The translations under genes were made by a program, and so were the position numbers. The notes under the pieces are model-generated. The model was not told the DNA's origin. It saw only the letters and a list, made by a program, of their open reading frames with translations, and searched no databases. 12,051 nt of DNA from a virus. Taxonomy: Duplodnaviria > Heunggongvirae > Uroviricota > Caudoviricetes. Shown here piece by piece: positions 4,364 to 12,051 of this stretch (its first letter is position 1; each line of letters opens with the position of its first letter). The DNA lies in the IMG/VR virus record IMGVR_UViG_3300043411_001076. One strand, written 5' to 3'.

Positions 4364-7300
4364 TTATTTTGTAAATGGGGTAAGTTTTACATCGGAAGGA
4401 TCAGGGTGATCTGTAGATGATTTCCTATACTGAGGAAGTCCTTCAATACGGTATCTTTCTGCTGATGCGTATCCTTCACCAAAACCTGTAGGACATATGA
4501 CAGCATCTAAAGATACACCTTCTTCTTGTGACCTTCCATTACCAAAAACAGAATACGTTAGAATAATCATCTGTATTTCATCACCATGAGATACTGTATT
4601 ATTGGAAGTAAAGGCTGTTTCTTTGAAATTTCTAACAAGAATCGCTTTACCTGCTAATACCCCTGCTTTCAAAACAGGTAGTAATCCAGGAGGTAAGCTA
4701 CCACCTGACCAGTCTACTGGTGATCCAGGATTATCTCCAGACAGTACGAAGATAGAACCGCCTCTAAATACTCTATATCTTCTAGTTCCAGATGGAGAGG
4801 TGACTTCATTATAAGGAGCATATTGTAATACTCCACCATCACACATCGCTAATAATTGTCCAGGCTCACCGTAGAATCTTTCGTATTCTTTTCCTGCTTC
4901 CGTTAATGGGAAGGGTCTATTAGAAACAGTTATTCCTTGAGAAGTAATCTTAAACGAAGATTGACCATCTGATAAAATATCCTCATCAGCAAAGTCAAAA
5001 TCATTTGCCAAAATACCTAGAGGTAATCTATCAGAGGCTCCACCTAAGAATACTTGAGAGTAACCATTTCCAGCATTTACCTTTAAGTCTCTTCCACCAT
5101 AGAGTAAAGAACTCGTTCTGTTTCTGGAAGGTCTAAAGTCAGCATTGTTCTGTCCGATAACTTCTACATCACCATCCGTATGAATATTCAAAACACTGAC
5201 CCTTACTTGTTCTCCCTCAGTTCCTGTCGGAACAGCATAGAACTCGACCCTATTAGCTACTGCTTTACAATAGACTACTTGATCTTTTAATAGAGGATGA
5301 GCATTTACTTTTGCAGCCAAATTAACAGCCGTTGTAGTTACAGATCCTGACACATCAAACTGAACAGATGTCGGAACTCCACCGTTTACGGCAGTAAAAG
5401 AAACTACAGTAGATCCTAGTTTTACTTCGACTTGAACTGGAACAAGGGGAGGTGTATTATCATACAATTCTATAGGAGTGATTGCAGGATCGAACGCCAG
5501 AATTGCATATCCTCTTGATCTATTGGATCTCTGCCCTTCTGTAAAAGTCCTTGTCTCTGTTAAATAACCAAAGTTTGTAATGGACTCTGGAATTCTCGTC
5601 GAATTTAAGGCATCATTTTGTACATGACCTATATCGGTAACTGTTCCTGGAAATGTATTTCCACCAACTTTACCTGTTCCTAATGTAGTAAAGAAGTCTA
5701 CAGACGACAGTACTTCAAAAGATCTTAAATTCGGCGTTTGGATTAGAGAATTTCCATTAGAATCAAACTGCTGTATAGATTCGGCTAATTCTATAGCATT
5801 AGCTTGAGATATCTGTCCATATCTATATTGATAGTCTGAAATGGTACGTGTTTCTCCAGCCCGTGTCATATAAGGATCACCTTGATATACTAGGCGATTC
5901 TGCAAGACATAAAACTGATTATTTAGTACAGCAGCAGAAGGAAGAACCATTCTGACATCTTCCAAAAATGGTTCATCGGCATCTATGATTACTGTACTTT
6001 CTCCGTTTCTCCTTCTGGCTAAAACATAATTGTTTGCATTAATCCAGTTTTTCGAGAATCCGAAAATAGAACATTCAACAACAAATTCAAAGTCTTCTAG
6101 CTGGTCTGTAACGCCATGAACATAGCTAGGAGCAAGACTTAAATCGAGAGCATTTTCAGGAATGATATAAGTATGATCTCCAAGTTCAGTTGTTAAATCT
6201 TCTGCACCGTCTTGGAAAATATATACTGTTTGTTTTGATGTCTTTCTTAACAGATTTTTGGGAGGATCAGCTACTTTAGTAACACGATCTGCTAAGTAAG
6301 TCTGTCCACCCTTTGCAATGAAATCTGCTCTTTCGTATACTCCGTAAATTCTCGCTAAACCAAGATAAGGAGGTAATTGAATACCTTTTAACGATCCAGA
6401 GATATCAGAAGAGATAATCTTAGATAGTCTATTAAGAAGTCTTTTACCTACAGGTGTTAAAGAACTAATATCTGTCGTAAGTCTAGCCTGATAAGCAGGT
6501 GTAGCTGGTCCTGCTATCGTTCCATAACTTGCATAGCTAACTCCAGAGGTAGATCCTGTTTGGAAAAACATAGAGGTAACTTGGTTTCCACCACTCGTAT
6601 TATTTCTACCACCTATAATGTTAAATACAGACGACGTAGGGTCGGTAGAATCTGCAAATAAGTGGTTAATACCTTCTAAAAAGTTTCCAGATCCAGTTGG
6701 GCTAGAGATATCTGTGTAATATGGAATATCCTGCCTTCCGAATCTAGGCATATATTCTGGAGGAATTGCGTAACCCATTGAAGGGCCAGTTGCAGGTGCA
6801 GTTCCTGTCGTAAATATTCCTGCCCCGTCTTTGACAACTGTACTAGGATATGTAACCGTACCAACTAACGAAGTTGCAGAGGTTACAACATCCAGACCTT
6901 GAACGGTCATATTTTTTAACTGGTACGGACGAAGTAAAACAGTCTTAGAACCCAAATCAACAAATACTTCAGCATCCCTATCTTGTTCAGACGTACCAAC
7001 AGCTAGACCACCAAAAGCATCGTGTTTTGGTGTACTACTCTCGGTTAATCCCTTAGATGGTAGTCTATTCCAAAATTGCAGACTTGTTGGGGGATATGCT
7101 GTTTCACCACTAGGAACACCTGCTTGAGCAGATATAGAAGTATCTAATGCAGATAAAGGTTGCCTTAAATAAATCGCTGATGCACCTCTTGAAGATATTT
7201 TATAAATATCACTTGGTACACGAACAGTTGCAGAACTCCCTGGATTATACTGGAGAGTTAAGTTAATGGCTAATGGAGAAGAAATTGTTGCAGGTATAGT

Positions 7301-9817
7301 ATTGCCAATAACTACGTTCGTATTCCAAGGATTTGATACACCACCCTCAACACCTTGGATATCAGTAAGTACAACTACTGCGGATGCAGCAGTAGGACCA
7401 TCATTATATCCTTCACCGTCTTCTGCATTAGTGTACATTGATCTAAATTGTAAATTTAAAGTTGCAGAAGGATTTAGAGTAAATGTTGTAAATCCTTGGG
7501 ATAAAGCTCTAACTACGATAGACGTTGCAGTAGATGAACTTTTAGTTGTATATCCTACAGTTCCTGCTCCGATAACCTGAAAGGCACCGTTATTCAGTAC
7601 GTTAGTAGGATCTCCGTAAAGTGTAATATATAATTCAGATGAAGAACCTGAGCGATCCTGACCGTTACTGGTCAGCATATCAAATAATGTTCTTTTATTC
7701 TGGATTAATTTTATTGCTACATCATCTGGATCTTCTAAATCACCTGATGATGAAAAGAAAGTTCCTGGGGTATCAAAATCAAAGAACGCACTCAATTCTA
7801 TTTCAGGCCCATTAGAACCGTTAGAAATTTCTGTATTAGCATTAATACCCGACTGTTCCATTTGTGGCTGTACTAAACCACCAAGAAATATAAAAGGCTT
7901 TTCAAAAGAAAGTGCTGGAAGCGGATATAATGGACCTGGAAATAAAGCGTCACTTGCTCCTTGTGGAGCAGGATGTAGCGCTTTTTGATCTAAGAATCTT
8001 AAAGTTACGGGATTTTGTTTTCCATCCGAAGCTAGTTTCTTATTATTTTTCCAGTATTCATAAGGAGATACAAATCGGACATTTTTATAGGAGCTACTAC
8101 TTCTGAAAGTTGCTCTGGCACCTTGTGACCCATCATCTCCACCGATATATAAAAATACCATAGATCCATTTCTGAATAATCCCGTCACAGAATTATTAAC
8201 GAATCCAGAGGGCTTAAAGTCTGCACCTACTTCCCAACTGATATCTTGATCAAATGTTGTCGTAGTAAACTTATTAGCATCAATAGGTGTATTGTTATTA
8301 CAGAGAACTGTAACATCCGTCTGTATTGTAGCAGCATCAGAGAATATGGTTCTAATACCATCAGGTCCATCAACGGCGGCTGTTTGAGAGGGACTTGCAA
8401 CTGACCCATCTGCGTGCATATATGAAACATCCGTTACATAGATACCCATAGATGAACTTTCACCCGCCTTCTTGCTTGTAGTTGTTAATTTCCCTTGTAA
8501 TAACTGAGAAAGATTATGTGTTAATAATCTCTGATAATCCCAATCACCAAGAGTGATTGCTTTTCTCAAGTCAATTACATCCTCTCTCGTAATTTGATCT
8601 GAGTAAAGTCCATCAGGTCGTACATTATATAACTGAATTTCTGTATTAGCATAATGAGGTGCTGCAACAGTACCTGCCCTTCCTCTACTTGAAACTGTAA
8701 TTGTGGCAGGATTTACGTTTGTATTTATTGCCGTATATTGCATAACTTCGTTATCAATAACAATAAATCCAGACGTTAATTCAGAAAGGAAAGAATTTGT
8801 TAACCCTGTAATCTGAATTGTTCCAGTAGCAGATGCTGTTATATTTGCATATAAAGTAGCTGGAGAAAACGCTTTTGCACCCTGTCTTGGAGAAGACAAT
8901 GAAATAGCTGATAAGTTTCTATTTACTGCCCCCATATGGTTTGGATTACCAGCACTATTTACCGCTGTATATCCAGAAGAATTTCTTCTTCTGATAGCTG
9001 CTACAGGGATAGCATAAGTATAACCGTCAACGGTTCCTAAACCATTGGTGATATTTCCATCACCCGCTCTCCATAATCCTGGATCTCCTAACTCATCCCT
9101 CATATTTGTAAAGGCATACGGAGATACAGGTGAAGATGCTGTACCTTGTGCATAAATATTAGGATCGTCTAATCCGTCTGGATAAACATCTAACGCTACA
9201 GATGATCCTGCCCCAGATCCTTGGCCAAATACTCTCAATCGATATTGGATCTGTACACGTCTTGTTGTTTCTTGTGCTTGTGCAGGATCTCTAATGTCGT
9301 CATCGACATTTGTATTTCCAAATTCTACGTTGCCAAATTTCCAAACTTTATCTGCTGAAGGTTTATTTGCAGTAGATGGATTAGCCCCAATAACAGTTCT
9401 CCAAACTTCAAGAAATACAAAATCGTAGCGGCTGTCACTTGAAGGAGGTGGATAAAGTTTGATATAATTTCTAAGATCACCGACAGTAGAGGCAAAAGTA
9501 CCAGCTACAGGGATAGTAAGACCATTTACACATGCCCAAATAACAGGTTCTGTATTTCCTGTTGTAGGACCAAATAGAAAATAATTACTCCAATCAGGAT
9601 TAAACTCGAAATCAATATCCGTTCTCGTAGGATCTGTAAAAAATCCAGAGTGAGTATTACTTCTAATTAAATCAGTTAATGCCTGATCTCTTAACTGTTG
9701 AGATAAATTCCACTCTGCATCAAGAGGTGGTTTCTTTTGTCGTGTGAGAACTAATTGATACTGTCTTTGAGAAGAAGGTAATGTTCTTGTCACACCATTT
9801 TGGAAATTGTCAGTCAT
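4364..9817 (-). CDS. Very large virion structural protein (tail fibre / baseplate-associated), 1817 aa
   Basis: Uninterrupted 5.4-kb ORF with a G/T/S/N/P-rich, beta-strand-type composition. The N-terminal YQLVLTRQKKPPLDAEWN resembles the 'QQGRVxLDADWNE' start of DUF6519-type fibre anchors. It also carries DGYTYAIPVAAIRRRN (nt 8981-9028) and RPDGLYSDQITREDVIDLR (within 8555-8620), motifs I recognise from phage tail-fibre proteins, and an IDNEVMQY...RGRAGTVAAPH unit typical of phage structural proteins. SD-like GTGGGA lies 8 nt before the ATG. Family assignment is from memory and unverified. Confidence 0.7.
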   Translation of the reverse strand: MTDNFQNGVTRTLPSSQRQYQLVLTRQKKPPLDAEWNLSQQLRDQALTDLIRSNTHSGFFTDPTRTDIDFEFNPDWSNYFLFGPTTGNTEPVIWACVNGLTIPVAGTFASTVGDLRNYIKLYPPPSSDSRYDFVFLEVWRTVIGANPSTANKPSADKVWKFGNVEFGNTNVDDDIRDPAQAQETTRRVQIQYRLRVFGQGSGAGSSVALDVYPDGLDDPNIYAQGTASSPVSPYAFTNMRDELGDPGLWRAGDGNITNGLGTVDGYTYAIPVAAIRRRNSSGYTAVNSAGNPNHMGAVNRNLSAISLSSPRQGAKAFSPATLYANITASATGTIQITGLTNSFLSELTSGFIVIDNEVMQYTAINTNVNPATITVSSRGRAGTVAAPHYANTEIQLYNVRPDGLYSDQITREDVIDLRKAITLGDWDYQRLLTHNLSQLLQGKLTTTSKKAGESSSMGIYVTDVSYMHADGSVASPSQTAAVDGPDGIRTIFSDAATIQTDVTVLCNNNTPIDANKFTTTTFDQDISWEVGADFKPSGFVNNSVTGLFRNGSMVFLYIGGDDGSQGARATFRSSSSYKNVRFVSPYEYWKNNKKLASDGKQNPVTLRFLDQKALHPAPQGASDALFPGPLYPLPALSFEKPFIFLGGLVQPQMEQSGINANTEISNGSNGPEIELSAFFDFDTPGTFFSSSGDLEDPDDVAIKLIQNKRTLFDMLTSNGQDRSGSSSELYITLYGDPTNVLNNGAFQVIGAGTVGYTTKSSSTATSIVVRALSQGFTTFTLNPSATLNLQFRSMYTNAEDGEGYNDGPTAASAVVVLTDIQGVEGGVSNPWNTNVVIGNTIPATISSPLAINLTLQYNPGSSATVRVPSDIYKISSRGASAIYLRQPLSALDTSISAQAGVPSGETAYPPTSLQFWNRLPSKGLTESSTPKHDAFGGLAVGTSEQDRDAEVFVDLGSKTVLLRPYQLKNMTVQGLDVVTSATSLVGTVTYPSTVVKDGAGIFTTGTAPATGPSMGYAIPPEYMPRFGRQDIPYYTDISSPTGSGNFLEGINHLFADSTDPTSSVFNIIGGRNNTSGGNQVTSMFFQTGSTSGVSYASYGTIAGPATPAYQARLTTDISSLTPVGKRLLNRLSKIISSDISGSLKGIQLPPYLGLARIYGVYERADFIAKGGQTYLADRVTKVADPPKNLLRKTSKQTVYIFQDGAEDLTTELGDHTYIIPENALDLSLAPSYVHGVTDQLEDFEFVVECSIFGFSKNWINANNYVLARRRNGESTVIIDADEPFLEDVRMVLPSAAVLNNQFYVLQNRLVYQGDPYMTRAGETRTISDYQYRYGQISQANAIELAESIQQFDSNGNSLIQTPNLRSFEVLSSVDFFTTLGTGKVGGNTFPGTVTDIGHVQNDALNSTRIPESITNFGYLTETRTFTEGQRSNRSRGYAILAFDPAITPIELYDNTPPLVPVQVEVKLGSTVVSFTAVNGGVPTSVQFDVSGSVTTTAVNLAAKVNAHPLLKDQVVYCKAVANRVEFYAVPTGTEGEQVRVSVLNIHTDGDVEVIGQNNADFRPSRNRTSSLLYGGRDLKVNAGNGYSQVFLGGASDRLPLGILANDFDFADEDILSDGQSSFKITSQGITVSNRPFPLTEAGKEYERFYGEPGQLLAMCDGGVLQYAPYNEVTSPSGTRRYRVFRGGSIFVLSGDNPGSPVDWSGGSLPPGLLPVLKAGVLAGKAILVRNFKETAFTSNNTVSHGDEIQMIILTYSVFGNGRSQEEGVSLDAVICPTGFGEGYASAERYRIEGLPQYRKSSTDHPDPSDVKLTPFTK

Positions 9818-9884
9818 TTGATTAGTCCCACATCATATAATTAGTATTCGTAGATTTTCCACTATCCCACACGTATCTTTCTTA

Positions 9885-9890
9885 ATTATA
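9885..9890 (-). promoter_or_regulatory. Possible sigma70-type -10 box upstream of the 1817-aa gene
   Basis: TATAAT on the minus strand in the 109-nt intergenic gap, 67 nt before the ATG. The -35 position (TAAGAC/AAGACT) is a poor match and the region is AT-rich. Confidence 0.2.
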
Positions 9891-9926
9891 TTTTTATTAG
9901 ATATTTAGTCTTAATGAAAAATATGA

Positions 9927-10709
9927 TCAATAAAGCAATGCAAAAGCTCCCAAGTAAATCTTGGATGAAGAATGAGTATTAATAAAAGCAAGTCTGACTT
10001 GAGTACCAGGGACAGCCACGGTAAATGGGACCATTCTATCAGGAACCAGAGAATAAGATACCCCATTATCAACGGAGATAGCGACATGAAAATCTCCAGA
10101 AAAAGTCTGGTCCACTTCCGTTAAAATTCTCTGTGCTGCCGTATTCTGTCCCGCTGTACTACCATAGTCTGATCTAACGTCATGTGTCGTATCAATCTGA
10201 TAAATTTTCCAGTACACTAGAAAATTATTAGTAGATGGTACGGTAAGCGTTGACGTGGCTAATAGTCCAGGCTTCCTTGTTCCAGGTGTAGAATCTGAAG
10301 CATTTTCAGGAAGAAGTGCAGTTGAATTAGGTACAAGCCCGATAGGGGCTATTGAAGATCCTGTTTGATACCTTGGAATTAAAACGTGATTAAAGTCTCC
10401 TCCTAATGCCAGAGGATCTCCCGTATTATCTACCGTAGCAGTTTTATCGAAAAACGCTAAGTCAGATGAGTGCCTCAATGCAGTATATTGCATCCCTGTA
10501 AAAATATTATAGGCAGATAGTAAATTATTAAATCCCGCTTCCACAACGCTATTTGAAGTAGGATAGAAAAAAGAACTATCTGTTACAGGGATATCACCAA
10601 TCGGAATATCAAATACAAATTTTCCATTGATGACTGTGGTGTCTCCCTGATCGGGAGTTTTTCCACATTGTATAATTTCAAGAGTATTAACATCACCTAT
10701 TATTCGCAT
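9927..10709 (-). CDS. Putative virion structural (tail-associated) protein, 260 aa
   Basis: Co-oriented between two large structural-type genes, with ATG 26 nt after the upstream stop and a weak GAG SD. The C-terminal beta-rich segment FHVAISVDNGVSY...QVRLAFIN...IYLGAFALLY contains an Asp-box-like SxDxGxxY motif (nt 10053-10076). Confidence 0.6.
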   Translation of the reverse strand: MRIIGDVNTLEIIQCGKTPDQGDTTVINGKFVFDIPIGDIPVTDSSFFYPTSNSVVEAGFNNLLSAYNIFTGMQYTALRHSSDLAFFDKTATVDNTGDPLALGGDFNHVLIPRYQTGSSIAPIGLVPNSTALLPENASDSTPGTRKPGLLATSTLTVPSTNNFLVYWKIYQIDTTHDVRSDYGSTAGQNTAAQRILTEVDQTFSGDFHVAISVDNGVSYSLVPDRMVPFTVAVPGTQVRLAFINTHSSSKIYLGAFALLY

Positions 10710-10735
10710 AATTTATCTCGTTTTTAATATAGACT

Positions 10736-12049
10736 TTATTCTGGCCGTAAAATTTCAAATCCAAGAATGCCTTTTCTTTCTAATGGATTAGATCCTAGAG
10801 TCGTAAATAGTAACCCTTTTCCTGTAGCCGTGTCTTTTATAACTACTTTCAATAATACAATACATTCTCTGGCTGTATTTCTAAAAAAGTATGCGTCTGG
10901 TCCGATATCCATAAACATATCTGAATATACAGTTCCTGTCGCTATGTCTGCGTCTTCACCAGAATCAATCTTACATCCCGCACCATCTAATGCAAGATCT
11001 TGTTTTGATGGACCAGTGCCATTTAAACGTCCAATATCCATCCAGGTAGTTAAGCCAGGAACTTTAATATAAATTTCAACACCCCTACTTCCATTTGCAA
11101 AATCAAAGTCATCAGGTACAAGACCCCATACACGCATAGCTAATCGCGTTTGAGAATCAGGATAAACTTCCCTATCGGGAGATTGGCTAAAAGCTACATC
11201 GAAGCATCTGTAATACTCGACATCACCAGTGACCGTAGAATAATTAAATTGTGCAAGTCCTACATCACCATCAATTAAAGAGGGTCTAAATCCAGTTGTA
11301 TAGTTAAACTGAGGATAGATTAACATACCATTTGAAGGAAATGGTGCTGTCATAGTTGTGCCATCGTCATAAACAAACCAGTCACTATCCGATAACCCAG
11401 CAACCTGTGCTTCTCCCGCTAGTGTAGTCAAATTCAATAGGTGATTTCCACTAGAAATCCAATCAGGGGCGTTTTGAGTAGTTATAGAAGTATCTGGAGA
11501 TACCACTGCCAAACCTGGACCGTACATTCCTAATGAAGTAATCTCGGTAATTGAAATTCTAGAAACCTCGTCCAAGAATCTTTCTTCTACCTGTCTTAGA
11601 AAGAAATACTGACTAGGGTGAATTACAGAAAAATTTCCATATAAAGGAGATCCATAGTTAGGAAGAGTCGGATCGAAATAAGTTGTATGTAACAACATTT
11701 CTTTTCCAGAACCTAACGGTGCATTAGCCCCATAAAAAGTAGGGGCGTCATACTGTGTTGCTGGAGGCTTTACTGCATATAATTTTGGCTTTGCACCTGT
11801 TGTAAATGCAGGTTTTGCATAATCCCCTTCCATATAAAATTGAGTGGAAAATACGACGTTAGTTGGTGCTTCTGGAGGAGGAGATGCTAAACTATATCCA
11901 AGTTCTTCCATTGTTAATTCAACACGCTGATTTTTCTTAATCTGAGTAGTGTACGGAGCCTGCAAATCATATGTAGGATCTCCTGTATTATCGACTCCAT
12001 AAGAAAATGAAGCAATACTGATAATCATTGGATTTTCTGTTGCAGGATA
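10736..12049 (-). CDS. Putative virion structural protein; probably 5'-truncated by the window edge (>437 aa)
   Basis: The frame stays open beyond the ATG at 12028 to the window end (YPATENP-MIISIASF) and there is no SD before that ATG. Composition is P/T/G/Y-rich. The C-terminal EYYRCFD...VEIYIKVPGLTTWMDIG...DGAGC segment looks like a conserved phage structural-protein domain. TAA at 10736-10738. Confidence 0.6.
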   Translation of the reverse strand, partial: YPATENPMIISIASFSYGVDNTGDPTYDLQAPYTTQIKKNQRVELTMEELGYSLASPPPEAPTNVVFSTQFYMEGDYAKPAFTTGAKPKLYAVKPPATQYDAPTFYGANAPLGSGKEMLLHTTYFDPTLPNYGSPLYGNFSVIHPSQYFFLRQVEERFLDEVSRISITEITSLGMYGPGLAVVSPDTSITTQNAPDWISSGNHLLNLTTLAGEAQVAGLSDSDWFVYDDGTTMTAPFPSNGMLIYPQFNYTTGFRPSLIDGDVGLAQFNYSTVTGDVEYYRCFDVAFSQSPDREVYPDSQTRLAMRVWGLVPDDFDFANGSRGVEIYIKVPGLTTWMDIGRLNGTGPSKQDLALDGAGCKIDSGEDADIATGTVYSDMFMDIGPDAYFFRNTARECIVLLKVVIKDTATGKGLLFTTLGSNPLERKGILGFEILRPE

Positions 12050-12051
12050 AG

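Noticed and set aside
4364-4700. Possible diversity-generating retroelement target at the C-terminus of the fibre-like protein
   Set aside because: No reverse transcriptase, no second near-identical copy differing at adenines, and no AAC-rich template repeat in the window.
4602-10800. Short overlapping ORFs 4602..4814, 6676..6864, 7266..7580, 7912..8106, 8227..8430 and 10767..11072
   Set aside because: All lie inside long structural ORFs (antisense or alternate frame), lack SD or domain signals, and are of a length expected by chance.
1-12051. Stop-codon reassignment, as reported for some large phages
   Set aside because: Genes tile the window under the standard code, both TAA and TGA serve as stops next to terminators or intergenic gaps, and no gene looks fragmented.

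Overview
AT-rich, densely coding window with Shine-Dalgarno-type starts, the standard genetic code and no introns. It reads best as part of a large tailed-phage (jumbo/huge phage-like) genome. That assignment is an inference, since no capsid, terminase or sheath gene lies in the window. The left arm (+ strand) holds the 3' part of a CobT/NorD-like VWA (MIDAS) protein whose frame is open from the window edge, followed by two hypothetical genes. A perfect bidirectional terminator at 2383-2424 marks the strand switch. The right arm (- strand) is a putative tail/baseplate module: a 5'-truncated >437 aa protein, a 260 aa protein and an 1817 aa fibre/baseplate-like protein. It is followed by three small genes, each separated by a hairpin or spacer: a 24-aa-period leucine-rich-repeat protein, a holin-like membrane protein with a signal peptide and an acidic pentapeptide-repeat stalk, and a 125 aa hypothetical protein. 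The most unusual signals are: (i) a shared N-terminal motif, basic residues followed by S-F-x-x-[LV]-A, on three otherwise unrelated proteins, a candidate virion-loading or sorting tag; (ii) a phage-encoded LRR protein; (iii) intergenic hairpins that fall into two families with identical arms, two of them ending 17 nt before a start codon. No tRNA, rRNA, CRISPR array, integrase, transposase or DGR was seen.
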